This document shows, piece by piece, positions 37,545-47,543 of a stretch of 57,985 bases of DNA (position 1 is its first letter; each line of letters starts with the position of its first letter). Source of the DNA: a virus (taxonomy: Duplodnaviria; Caudoviricetes). The notes beneath the pieces are model-generated. The model was not told where the DNA came from, did no database searches, and was given only the letters and a program-made list of their open reading frames with translations. The position numbers were made by a program, and so were the translations under genes. Where the stretch lies: IMG/VR virus record IMGVR_UViG_3300031812_000004, positions 1-57,985 of that record; one strand, written 5' to 3'.

Positions 37545-37747
37545 TACCACTTGAAACTAACGATACTTTTGGAATATACACTTTTTTCAGTCAGATAGCT
37601 ACTGTAATAGGAGCTATATCTCCGTTTATAGTATTGGTATATTATATTTCAAGTATGAGAAAAGATATAGATTATCTGAAAGAACAGGTAGAAAAAATAG
37701 AAGAAATGCTTATGAAACAAATACAAGATAAAAACAAATCAAAATAA
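37541..37747 (+). CDS. single-TM coiled-coil protein (holin/spanin-like?)
   Basis: TM segment followed by RKDIDYLKEQVEKIEEML coiled coil. Confidence 0.55.
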   Translation: MIPLETNDTFGIYTFFSQIATVIGAISPFIVLVYYISSMRKDIDYLKEQVEKIEEMLMKQIQDKNKSK

Positions 37748-37848
37748 AATATAAAATATGTTAAAATTATAAAATGAAGATATAATTCTTAATTTATATA
37801 ACTTATATAATTTATATTATAGCAAACTAAAATTTCCTTGGAGACAAT

Positions 37849-37889
37849 ACTAGTGTACATTAAATTTACACTAGTGTACATTAAATTTA
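37849..37889 (+). repeat. 20-bp perfect direct repeat in an extremely AT-rich spacer
   Basis: ACTAGTGTACATTAAATTTA at 37849 and 37870. Confidence 0.85.
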
Positions 37890-38164
37890 TAATTTAAATA
37901 TAATATTTTCTTAATTGTTTTTTTTTTATAAGTACTATATTAATAATAATATATAATATATAGTACTATATAATATAATTATATAGATCAATATATTAAA
38001 TATAAAATTGATTTAATTTTTTATAAGTAATTTTGTAAATATTAAATATTTATATACCTTTGTAAAAATTATAATAAGATATTCTGTAAAGATTCTATAA
38101 ATTATACTGTATAATTATACTAAAACATCTTTTAATATTTTAATAACAATAAAACTATTTAATT

Positions 38165-39904
38165 ATGTTTATAATACCTTGTAAAGTTATTATTTTAAAA
38201 GACAGAATATCAGAAGAATTATATAAAGAAGCTTATGAGTTTTATTACTTATATAAATGTTTTCAGAATAGAAATAGTATAAGTAAAATAGATAAAAGAC
38301 TTATAAATATTCTTCTTACAAAAGATAAACATAAAGAAAAATTAGAAGAATTCAGAAAAAATGATATAAATTCTTTTAAAATATTTACAGAAATACAAAA
38401 TTTAGAAAAAGAAAGAGGTTTAAATAAAATATTAAAAGATGTACTTGTTACTAACTATGCCATAGATGATAATAACTATGCTAAAGTTTTTAGTAAAATT
38501 ACAGTATTCTTCTATATATTTGATATTGAAGAATTAACTTATAAAGAATATATAAACAAATGGTACAAAAATAATACAGTCTATACTATAGTATATGCAG
38601 ATAAATTAGCTAAAAATCAAATAAGTTGGTTAAAAAATGTTAACGTGTTTAATATAAACAGGCTTAAATTTACGTTTTTATGGACCTACATAAATCCTAA
38701 TGCCAATTTCATATTTAATTTGCCCTATAAGACACAAAATGAACTTTTTGATACTCTGAATAGGTTTATATCAAAATTCACTAAAATAAACGATTTAACG
38801 GCTTTATTAGAGGATTTAAATAAACTGTTCTATATCAATAAAGATAAAAACTATTCGCTTAAAAAAATATACGATATTATAAAAACATGTAATATTATAT
38901 TTGCTCACTATTTCTACATAATTGTTTATAAAAAAGTAAGATATAAAAGCATGCCTGTATTCGAAGAATTGTATTATTTAGACCAGGATATATTCAAAAG
39001 AAGAATCAGAGGAAGCTATGTTAAAAAATTAAATAATGTTAAAAAAGAGAAAAACTTAGCAGTTATCACTAGTTCTTTAAAAAAGTATGATATTTATAAA
39101 GAACTTGTTGATTTTCTTAAAAGAGATATTATTGTTACCAACGAAAAAAATGATTTATTGTTCGAATCCTACTTACACCAGATAACTTCCAGACTTTATA
39201 CTTTATACTTCCTTCCACCTGTAACTTATGAATTCTACGGCTTTGATTCTTTTGAAGATTTTATGAAGGAAGGGACATTCAAACCAGGACGCCATAAATA
39301 TCATACAGTTACTAAATTCTTTATACAGGAGTTCAGCGGATATTTTAATATGAACCTGTTTTACGTAATGCTCCCATTATTATCATTAAAAAAAAATCTG
39401 GATATAGAAAACTCAGTATTTAAACCGTTTGTAAGAAGCAAAAAAGATATATACAAACTTATGTACAAATTAAACGAAATAATGATAGCATACAAAGCAA
39501 AAAATATGTTAAAATACCAGAAATATATTACTAAGTTGAAAAAATGCAACGAAGATTACTTCTGCTATATTAAAAACAGAATAGACGATATAGATACTCT
39601 TAATCATAAAATGCTTAACAACCCCTATAAAAACATTTTTATAAATGATATAGATTTTATAACTGAATTTATGAAATATGTAAGGAATATTCACAAAATA
39701 ATTCAAAAGTCAGGAAGAAAGCTTTTTGATGATATATTCAGAGAAAACTTACAGGTTCTTTTCGGAGGACGTAAAAATGATATCCTGATAGAAACCGAAG
39801 AACCAAAAGATATTATTGTCTATGACGACGGTATAGCTAAATTCTTACTGGTTAAAAACATAAATGACAATAAAATGTTTATAACTTATCTTTCTGTTTT
39901 TTGA
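38165..39904 (+). CDS. large hypothetical protein
   Basis: 579-aa K/I/Y/F-rich ORF with no motif recognised. Confidence 0.65.
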   Translation: MFIIPCKVIILKDRISEELYKEAYEFYYLYKCFQNRNSISKIDKRLINILLTKDKHKEKLEEFRKNDINSFKIFTEIQNLEKERGLNKILKDVLVTNYAIDDNNYAKVFSKITVFFYIFDIEELTYKEYINKWYKNNTVYTIVYADKLAKNQISWLKNVNVFNINRLKFTFLWTYINPNANFIFNLPYKTQNELFDTLNRFISKFTKINDLTALLEDLNKLFYINKDKNYSLKKIYDIIKTCNIIFAHYFYIIVYKKVRYKSMPVFEELYYLDQDIFKRRIRGSYVKKLNNVKKEKNLAVITSSLKKYDIYKELVDFLKRDIIVTNEKNDLLFESYLHQITSRLYTLYFLPPVTYEFYGFDSFEDFMKEGTFKPGRHKYHTVTKFFIQEFSGYFNMNLFYVMLPLLSLKKNLDIENSVFKPFVRSKKDIYKLMYKLNEIMIAYKAKNMLKYQKYITKLKKCNEDYFCYIKNRIDDIDTLNHKMLNNPYKNIFINDIDFITEFMKYVRNIHKIIQKSGRKLFDDIFRENLQVLFGGRKNDILIETEEPKDIIVYDDGIAKFLLVKNINDNKMFITYLSVF

Positions 39905-39944
39905 ATTTTAGAATATTATTTTTATTTTTGCATCTGAATTTAAT

Positions 39945-40193
39945 TTGCATACAAAAAATAATAAAAATAAAAAAAAGAAAAATGAATCTGTATATTCATC
40001 CATACAGAATAAACCAACGTATATTGAATTTATCTGTCCGGAAGGTTATAGTATAAAAATACCACTGGCATTGTATACCAGTCTTACAGATGAACAGTTC
40101 AACGAATATGTAAATGAACAGTGCTACAAAAAAACAAATAACTACTACGAAGATAATGACGATATAAACATAATAGATATTATTAAATCGTAA
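39945..40193 (+). CDS. hypothetical protein (start uncertain)
   Basis: FICPEGYSIKIPLALYTSLTDEQFNEY core; no in-frame ATG. Confidence 0.5.
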   Translation: MHTKNNKNKKKKNESVYSSIQNKPTYIEFICPEGYSIKIPLALYTSLTDEQFNEYVNEQCYKKTNNYYEDNDDINIIDIIKS

Positions 40194-40212
40194 CCTACTA
40201 AAACAAATAAAT

Positions 40213-40467
40213 ATGCAAAACCAGAAAAATCAACAGGTAAACCTGAACGGTCCGGAAAGAAACGAGTTTAAGAAAAACCTAAAAGAAATGGCAGCTATCT
40301 CAAAACTCAGAAAAGAAATAGCTGAAAATATGTACTATGAACACCTTTATACCTTAAAACTGCAGGAACTACAAATGAAGTTCCAGACTCCGGAAAATAA
40401 AAATAATGAACCGGAAAAACAACCTGACGAAATCAAAAACGAAACTAACCAAAATGTTCAACAGTAA
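40213..40467 (+). CDS. hypothetical coiled-coil protein
   Basis: 84-aa ORF. Confidence 0.6.
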   Translation: MQNQKNQQVNLNGPERNEFKKNLKEMAAISKLRKEIAENMYYEHLYTLKLQELQMKFQTPENKNNEPEKQPDEIKNETNQNVQQ

Positions 40468-40480
40468 CAAGTTATAACCT

Positions 40481-40768
40481 ATGAAATTTACCAAACGTAT
40501 AAAACTTGTATACCAGAACTTCGGTAGTATATCTCATGCGTTTCTGCTGTGGATAAAAGACGGCATAAGCAAACTTACAGGAAAAGAAAGCGAAAGCCAG
40601 AAATTATACCACCAGAGAATCAGATTATGCCGTGTATGTAAATTTAAAAGATATAACGATACAGAAATGTGCGTTATACCTTTTTCCGAATGTTGCGGTC
40701 TTTGTGGATGTACTTTACGTCTTAAACTAAGACTGAAAGAAGAAAGATGTCCGATAGGAGAATGGTAG
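40481..40768 (+). CDS. small Cys-rich Zn-binding protein
   Basis: RIRLCRVC...CCGLCGC.L..K.R...CPIGEW motif, common upstream of terminases in Bacteroidota phages. Confidence 0.75.
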   Translation: MKFTKRIKLVYQNFGSISHAFLLWIKDGISKLTGKESESQKLYHQRIRLCRVCKFKRYNDTEMCVIPFSECCGLCGCTLRLKLRLKEERCPIGEW

Positions 40769-40774
40769 TATACC

Positions 40775-41281
40775 ATGAGTCCGTTAATAGTCAATGAAGG
40801 TAAAAATATAGTTCCTAACGGATTTGTATATGAAACATATCCGCTTAATGAACTTATAAAACTTCCGGACGGAATCAAATGGCTTACGTATCTTCATAAT
40901 CATTATTATCCTAATGTTGAAGAAAATCCCTTCTTTTTGCTAGATGAATACCGTAAAGATAAAATAATACTAAGAACTCTTGGTCTTAAAGAAGAAGATA
41001 AACCAGAAATTCTTAAAGAATGCATCAGTCTTGTAAAAGAAATATACAGCAATCCTATTATACGTTTACACGAATCACTTAAAAACTCTATAGATAAAAT
41101 AGCAAGATACCTTGAAGAAACAGAAATCAACGACCGCAACATGAAAAACATAGAAAGTGTTATCAAAAACTTTAATATCATATTGGAATCATACAAAAAA
41201 ACATTAACTTCTATAAACGAAGCCTTCATAAATAAAAGCCAAAAAGTAAAAGGTGGTAAAAAACTCCCGTATGATTTATGA
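40775..41281 (+). CDS. conserved pre-terminase protein (possible small terminase subunit)
   Basis: Helical 168 aa, NPFF motif, ends KVKGGKKLPYDL; ATGA-coupled to terL. Confidence 0.55.
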   Translation: MSPLIVNEGKNIVPNGFVYETYPLNELIKLPDGIKWLTYLHNHYYPNVEENPFFLLDEYRKDKIILRTLGLKEEDKPEILKECISLVKEIYSNPIIRLHESLKNSIDKIARYLEETEINDRNMKNIESVIKNFNIILESYKKTLTSINEAFINKSQKVKGGKKLPYDL

Positions 41282-43491
41282 TATTAAAAACAAACGAAAA
41301 AGGGAATATACAGGTACCATACTTTACATTTAAAGATGTAAAAAAACCAGTTACTCCGGAAAGTATAACAGAATTCCGCTACAAAACCTTCCAGGATAAA
41401 CATGACTATGTAGAATTTCTGAACAGTTGTTTTTACAATGTGGGTGCTTTTGAATATAACCAATATAATCTTTTCATAAAAGGAGCCAGCGAACTGTATA
41501 ACAAAAACGGTTTTTACTGTAACTATAAGGAAGAAAGCTACGATTATATTCATTTTTGGGACTCAGAAAAAGAAAAATGCATGTACGGTGTTATCATTAA
41601 TAACGGAAAAAGAGAATACTTTTACCCCGGAGAACTTTATTTCTGGTTTAACTATCTTCCAATATATAACAAATCAAAGTTTAAAAAAGACTTTCCTGAT
41701 CATTCAGACCTTCAGCATCACATAAGTTTATACGAATACATCGCTTTCATGGAAAACAAACATGCCGTTATCGTCAAAAAAAGACAGTCAGGTTCTTCTT
41801 ACTATCATGCCGGTAAAATGATACATGTACTATGGTTTCTTGAAAACAAAATAGTAAAATTACTTTCTTTCCACGAATATCATCTTCACGAAGTATGGGA
41901 TATGTTCGAAGAATACGCCGACTTTCTGAACAGTAATACAGCATGGATAAGACCTATGTTTCCTGACAGAAGGTTCCTGTGGAAACAACAGATAGAAATA
42001 AACCAGGAAGGTGTTAAACAGTACCGTGGTCTTAAATCTTCCGTTAAAGCCAGACCTATGGCTGACGGACCTACAAAAGGTGTAGGAGGTCCCAGCTGGA
42101 TAGTATTCTACGAAGAACCCGGCGTTTCACCTACCGTCCTTGAAACATTCCTTTACATGAAACCTGCCCTCAAAGACGGAGAAAACCTGACAGGTCAGTT
42201 TATAGCTTCGGGTTCCGTTGGAGAACTGGAAGAATCCAGAGGACTCAGAAAAATGGTTCTGAATCCTGAAACGTACGATATCAAAAGTGTAGATAACCCA
42301 AATTATGATAACAGCGGTATTGTAAGAAAAACAGCACTGTTTATACCACAATCATACCGTTATCTTCCTTATGTAGATGCTTACGGAAACTCATTGGTCA
42401 ATGAAGCAAAGGAAAGGATTCTCAAAGACAGAGAACAAAAAAAGCAGGACATGTCCTATGAAGAATATAACATTTTTGTAAGCCAGGAACCGTTAACACT
42501 GGAAGAAGCATTTTCATACCGTAAAGAAAGCAAATTTCCGATAGATATTATTAAAAAACATTTAAGTATACTGGAAATGGAAAAACCTGATTACAAATGC
42601 GTAGAACTTGATGTTGTTAACGGTAAAATAGAAGCATTCCCAAGTAATAAAAAACCTATAGATATATTTCCTTTACCGTCTAATTACATGTTTAAGGAAG
42701 GTGTTTTACAGGTATGGGAAGAACCTGATACATCATTACCTTTTGGTTCCTATATAGCTGGCGTTGACCCTGTATCAGAAGGTAAAACAACAACATCAAA
42801 TTCTTTGGCTTCTGTATACATATTGAAACAACCTACGGAAAAGACAGTTTACAATAAAAACGGAGAAGTTATTGAAAATACTATCAGCCCTGCCAAAATT
42901 GTCGCCTGCTGGACAGGAAGGTTTGATGACCTTGAAAAAACCAACGAACACATGTTACGTATTATAGAATGGTACAAAGCCGTAGCTGTAGTAGAAAATA
43001 ATGTAAACAATTTCATTCATTTCTGTATACGAAAAAAGAAACAACACCACCTTATAAGAAAAAACCAGCTGATGTTCCTGAAAGAATTAAATATGAATAA
43101 TTCAGTACATCAGGAGTATGGATTCAGAAACGTAGGAAATGTATTTATGAATATGCTTGATTATACTATTAGTTTTATAAAATCAGAGATAGGAAGCACT
43201 ACAGATCCATTAACAAATAAAGAAAGAACAGTATTAGGAATAGAATACATAAAAGATAAAATGGTATTGACAGAAATGTTATACTATGGAGTGGAAAATA
43301 CCGACCGGCTTGTGGCTCTTACTGCAGCTATATCTTATTATTATGTTGTTAATTCCTACAAAAGTTATGTTAAAAGCATTACTGTAGAACAGGATAGTAA
43401 TAAAAATAATGGATTTTTTGACGATAAAATAACGAAAGCCGTGAAATATAATTACATGCGTAAAAAGAATTTGTTTACTAGATTAAGATAG
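41278..43491 (+). CDS. terL: terminase large subunit
   Basis: YFWFNY, KKRQSGSSY Walker A, FYEEPG Walker B, GSVG coupling motif, IAGVDPV nuclease, VENN, DRLVA. Confidence 0.92.
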   Translation: MILKTNEKGNIQVPYFTFKDVKKPVTPESITEFRYKTFQDKHDYVEFLNSCFYNVGAFEYNQYNLFIKGASELYNKNGFYCNYKEESYDYIHFWDSEKEKCMYGVIINNGKREYFYPGELYFWFNYLPIYNKSKFKKDFPDHSDLQHHISLYEYIAFMENKHAVIVKKRQSGSSYYHAGKMIHVLWFLENKIVKLLSFHEYHLHEVWDMFEEYADFLNSNTAWIRPMFPDRRFLWKQQIEINQEGVKQYRGLKSSVKARPMADGPTKGVGGPSWIVFYEEPGVSPTVLETFLYMKPALKDGENLTGQFIASGSVGELEESRGLRKMVLNPETYDIKSVDNPNYDNSGIVRKTALFIPQSYRYLPYVDAYGNSLVNEAKERILKDREQKKQDMSYEEYNIFVSQEPLTLEEAFSYRKESKFPIDIIKKHLSILEMEKPDYKCVELDVVNGKIEAFPSNKKPIDIFPLPSNYMFKEGVLQVWEEPDTSLPFGSYIAGVDPVSEGKTTTSNSLASVYILKQPTEKTVYNKNGEVIENTISPAKIVACWTGRFDDLEKTNEHMLRIIEWYKAVAVVENNVNNFIHFCIRKKKQHHLIRKNQLMFLKELNMNNSVHQEYGFRNVGNVFMNMLDYTISFIKSEIGSTTDPLTNKERTVLGIEYIKDKMVLTEMLYYGVENTDRLVALTAAISYYYVVNSYKSYVKSITVEQDSNKNNGFFDDKITKAVKYNYMRKKNLFTRLR

Positions 43492-43525
43492 ACTTGTCCT
43501 AAAATTTAGTATTTTTGTAATAAAA

Positions 43526-46255
43526 ATGAAACCACAAATAGCTAAACTTATAACTGAAACAAAGGATAGTATCTTTAAAACCGGTAAAAGTAACAGCACC
43601 TTACTTACCAGACCTTTTCAGTTTCTCAGCAAAAAAGATAAAGATTTTGAATGGTATGCCCGTAATCTTGACTGGCTGGAATTCTACGGCTACAACCAGT
43701 TAAGAACAAGAAGCATGAAAATGTTAAAAAATTATAAAATTGTAGCCGGAGTTATAGATAAAGAAGATTACATAGTAAGCGAAGACAATGAAAACAGTTT
43801 ATTTATAACTTTCCTTTCAGAAGATAATTCTCATGATACCAGCGTTACGGATTTAAAGTTTTATCCGCTAGTACCAAGGATAATAAATACTCTTACCACA
43901 GAATTTTCAAAAAGAAAAACAGAAGTACTTTACAGAGCAGTAGATATCTATTCTGTCAACGAAGTCCTTGAACTCAGAAACGAAGAACTTAAAAAACTGG
44001 TCTATAACCAGCTATCCGTAGCTATATACAAAGAAATGGTAAAATATGGACTTATAGACGAAAGTCAGGTTACTCCTGAACTAAAAGACGCTATCGCTCA
44101 GGATTATATTTCCAAAATACCACAAATAAACGAATATTTCAATAAAAACTTTGTATTAAAAGTTGAAGAACTGGCTGCCAAATTACACGAAATAGATTGC
44201 AATCGTCTTAAAATGGACGAACTGGAACTCTCAGCGTTTGTGGATTTTCTTACTACTTCGAGTGCTTTCTTTCATTTCAGAATGGAAGAAAACAACTACT
44301 TCATTGAAAACTGGAATCCAATGTTTACTTTTTATCGCAAAAAACCTTCCAGCTACTTTATTTCTGACGGCGATTTCGTAGGAAAAATAGAACTAATGAC
44401 CATTCAGGAAATAGTAGACCGCTACGGAAGATATATAGATCCTGATGACCTTGAAAAACTTGAAACCTACTACGGTAATGTCAATGCAAACCAGGCTCTT
44501 ACAGGATACGAAAACGACGGTTCATACTTTGTAAATGTAAAAGGATACGATAACAGTGCTTATTCCGGTGGTCTTGACTATCGCAGGACATTATACTGGT
44601 TTGATAACATAGGTAACCTTCAGGATATCATAAGCAATCTTTTTATTTCTTCCGAAGATGCCAGAGGTAACCTTCTTGGTTCATACCTGAGAGTAACAAC
44701 AGCATACTGGAAAACCTATAAAAAAGTTGGTAAACTTACCAAAATAGATATTAACGGAAATAAAATAGAAACTATAGTATCTGAAGATTATGTAATAACA
44801 GACAAACCAAGATATAATACTTCTTTAAAAAATGAGCAAAACGAAGAAACACTTGTCTTTGGAGAACATATCGAATGGGAATGGATAACAGAAGTAGTAG
44901 GAGGTATTAAAATAAGCCGTAACGGAATATCCTATTTTACTCCTTTCAGTGATGATAAAGAAAAGAATGATACCGGTCTTCCGATATACATTGGAATAGG
45001 AAGAAAAGAACCAGGACCTGTACGGTATCAGTTTAAAGATGGTACGGATAACATTTATGGTTGCAGACTACCGGTAGAAGGTATCGTTTATACTGAGAAA
45101 AATGTGAAGGTTTCCAGTCTGGTGGATTTGACAAAACCATTCCAGGTGGCATATAATCTGGTTAATAACCAGATAATGGACATACTTCTCGACGAATTGG
45201 GAAGTGTTATTCTTATAGACCAGAACGTTTTACCTAAACATTCACTGGCAGAAGACTGGGCAAGTGATCCCTATATGAGAGCCTATCTTGCCATGAAACA
45301 GTTTAAAATGCTCCCGGTAGATACTTCTGCTGCCAATCTTGAAAATCCCATAAATTTTAATCATTTTCAGGCTTTAAATCTTGAACAGTCAGCAAGGATA
45401 GCGTCCAGAATACAACTGGCTGAATTTTTCAAACGTCAGTGTTTTGAAGCCATAGGTTTTACTATGGAAAGACTTATGGGTGCCAGCGGTCAGTATCAGA
45501 GTGCCAGAAGTGCTGAATTGAGTATTGTACAATCCTATAATGTAACTGAAAAATGGTTTATGCTCTTTACTGATCAGCTTATGCCAAGAGTCCATGAAAT
45601 GAGAACGAACCTTGCATTTTATTACCTGACATTTTCAGAAAACCCGCCTAAATACCTGATTAACATACTTAATACCGGAGAAAGAAACATTTTGAAAATA
45701 GATGATGATGCGTTGGCATTAAGGGATTTATGTGTATTTATAACAAACAAAATAAACTATCGTAGTATACTTGACCAGATTAAGCAGGTGGTAGTAAACA
45801 ACAATACACTCGGATTATCTATTGCAGATCTTGCTGAAATATTAGGTAGCAATTCTTATAACAAGCTGTTACAGATGTTAAAACTAATGGAAGAAAAGAG
45901 ACAAAAACAGATGGAACTGGAAGCAGAACAGAAACGTCAGGAACTGAAGCAACTGAGTCTGTTAAACATGGAAGAAAAGAAACTTGCTTACGAATACAAC
46001 AAAGCCATAGAAGAACTGAAGGCAAGATATCGGTTACTGGAAACACAGTTAAAATCGTATGGATATTCAGTAGGAGACTTGAACCAAAACAAAATACCTG
46101 ATGTCTACGATCTGCAACAGATGTTCAGACAATCTGAGGAATACAAAAAAGAACTGGAAAACACCAAAAACAACTATGAACAGGTTATGCAGGAATATGA
46201 ACAAAAAATAAAAAAACTGACAGAAGAAATTGAACAATACAGAAAAAATACGTAA
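43526..46255 (+). CDS. portal protein (crAss-like)
   Basis: 909 aa directly after terL; FYPLVPRIINTL.TE, LRVTTAYWKT, EWEWI, SLVDLTKPFQVAYN, C-terminal coiled coil. Confidence 0.85.
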   Translation: MKPQIAKLITETKDSIFKTGKSNSTLLTRPFQFLSKKDKDFEWYARNLDWLEFYGYNQLRTRSMKMLKNYKIVAGVIDKEDYIVSEDNENSLFITFLSEDNSHDTSVTDLKFYPLVPRIINTLTTEFSKRKTEVLYRAVDIYSVNEVLELRNEELKKLVYNQLSVAIYKEMVKYGLIDESQVTPELKDAIAQDYISKIPQINEYFNKNFVLKVEELAAKLHEIDCNRLKMDELELSAFVDFLTTSSAFFHFRMEENNYFIENWNPMFTFYRKKPSSYFISDGDFVGKIELMTIQEIVDRYGRYIDPDDLEKLETYYGNVNANQALTGYENDGSYFVNVKGYDNSAYSGGLDYRRTLYWFDNIGNLQDIISNLFISSEDARGNLLGSYLRVTTAYWKTYKKVGKLTKIDINGNKIETIVSEDYVITDKPRYNTSLKNEQNEETLVFGEHIEWEWITEVVGGIKISRNGISYFTPFSDDKEKNDTGLPIYIGIGRKEPGPVRYQFKDGTDNIYGCRLPVEGIVYTEKNVKVSSLVDLTKPFQVAYNLVNNQIMDILLDELGSVILIDQNVLPKHSLAEDWASDPYMRAYLAMKQFKMLPVDTSAANLENPINFNHFQALNLEQSARIASRIQLAEFFKRQCFEAIGFTMERLMGASGQYQSARSAELSIVQSYNVTEKWFMLFTDQLMPRVHEMRTNLAFYYLTFSENPPKYLINILNTGERNILKIDDDALALRDLCVFITNKINYRSILDQIKQVVVNNNTLGLSIADLAEILGSNSYNKLLQMLKLMEEKRQKQMELEAEQKRQELKQLSLLNMEEKKLAYEYNKAIEELKARYRLLETQLKSYGYSVGDLNQNKIPDVYDLQQMFRQSEEYKKELENTKNNYEQVMQEYEQKIKKLTEEIEQYRKNT

Positions 46256-46278
46256 ATTTGTAAAAAAAATAATGTGTT

Positions 46279-47523
46279 ATGGAAAACGACAACAAAAAAC
46301 AGATGTTTGAAAACGAGGAGCTGGATATTAATATAGCTGATGCTTTTCTTGCTCCTGATATAACTTCGGTCAGTAACGATGACAAAGAAAAACCGGAAGA
46401 AACCAAAAACTATAAGAAAGATGAAAAAAAAGACCAGAAATCAGAAGATAAAAAAGATATTCAGAAAGAACAACCGGAAAATAACGAAGAAGACAAACAA
46501 AATATCCAGCCGGATGAAATTTCGGCAGCCGAAATCATCACAGGACAAGCACAGAGCCTTAGCAGAAAGCTCGACAGTTCAACGTCTAACAAAGCGGTTG
46601 GAGAGATTAAAGATACTATTAAGGAACTTATTGAACAAAAGATACTCCTGCCGTTAGATATAGACAAAGATATAGATGACTATACAAAAGATGAACTTAA
46701 AGAACTTTTAAAGCTAAATATAGAAAATGCAAGAAAAGAAGAATCTGAAAGCGTATTGGAACAGTTTATAGATTCTTTACCTGAAGAATTGCAGAAAATG
46801 ATAGAATATCATGTGGCTGGTGGTTTTGATATTAAACAGATTATAAATCTTATCAGCAAAGATGCTGAAATGTTCAGCTTAGATCCTGATAATGAAACTG
46901 ATGCTAAAACAATTCTGGCTTATCATTTACGTAACAATCTTGGAATGAGCGACGACGAAGTTGATGAAGAAATAGAACTTTACGAAAAAGCAGGCAAACT
47001 TACCGAAAAAGCAAGACGTATCTATGATACAGTAAAAGAAAAACGTAAAGAAGAAATAGAAAACAAAATAAAAGAAGCAGAAAAAGCAAAAGAAGAAGCA
47101 TCTAAAAAAATACAAACTTTTATTGAAGGTGTTAAAGCTGTTTCCAGACGTGGAAAGCTAAAGGATAACAATGCAGACAAAACCGTTTTGAAAGATATCG
47201 TTGATGGTCTTACATCAGTAAATTATGAAAGCATAACCGGTAAAAAAACAAATCTACTGGGTTATCTTATAGAACAAAAGCAGTTTATAGAACCAGATTA
47301 CGATCTTATTGTAGAGGCAACATGGCTTTTAAAAGATCCGGAAGGTTATAAAAAATATATTATGTCTTTGGGAGAAAGCAAGGCGGCAAAAGAAACACTG
47401 CGTAAACTAAAAACCGCTTCGTATAAAGATGATAGCGGAATGTCTGAAAGTATAGAAGAAAGAACAAGCCTGCAAAGAAAACTGAAACCAAAAGATGACA
47501 GATCGTGGCTGTTTAACAGGTAA
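46279..47523 (+). CDS. acidic scaffold-like protein
   Basis: D/E/K-rich disordered N-terminus and coiled coil, located between portal and MCP. Confidence 0.65.
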   Translation: MENDNKKQMFENEELDINIADAFLAPDITSVSNDDKEKPEETKNYKKDEKKDQKSEDKKDIQKEQPENNEEDKQNIQPDEISAAEIITGQAQSLSRKLDSSTSNKAVGEIKDTIKELIEQKILLPLDIDKDIDDYTKDELKELLKLNIENARKEESESVLEQFIDSLPEELQKMIEYHVAGGFDIKQIINLISKDAEMFSLDPDNETDAKTILAYHLRNNLGMSDDEVDEEIELYEKAGKLTEKARRIYDTVKEKRKEEIENKIKEAEKAKEEASKKIQTFIEGVKAVSRRGKLKDNNADKTVLKDIVDGLTSVNYESITGKKTNLLGYLIEQKQFIEPDYDLIVEATWLLKDPEGYKKYIMSLGESKAAKETLRKLKTASYKDDSGMSESIEERTSLQRKLKPKDDRSWLFNR

Positions 47524-47543
47524 AAACCAAAAGAAACAAAAAT

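Noticed and set aside
41278-43491. Introns or inteins in terL or polB, common in crAss-like phages
   Set aside because: Both ORFs are continuous and of ordinary length, with no intein C/HN termini or homing-endonuclease motifs
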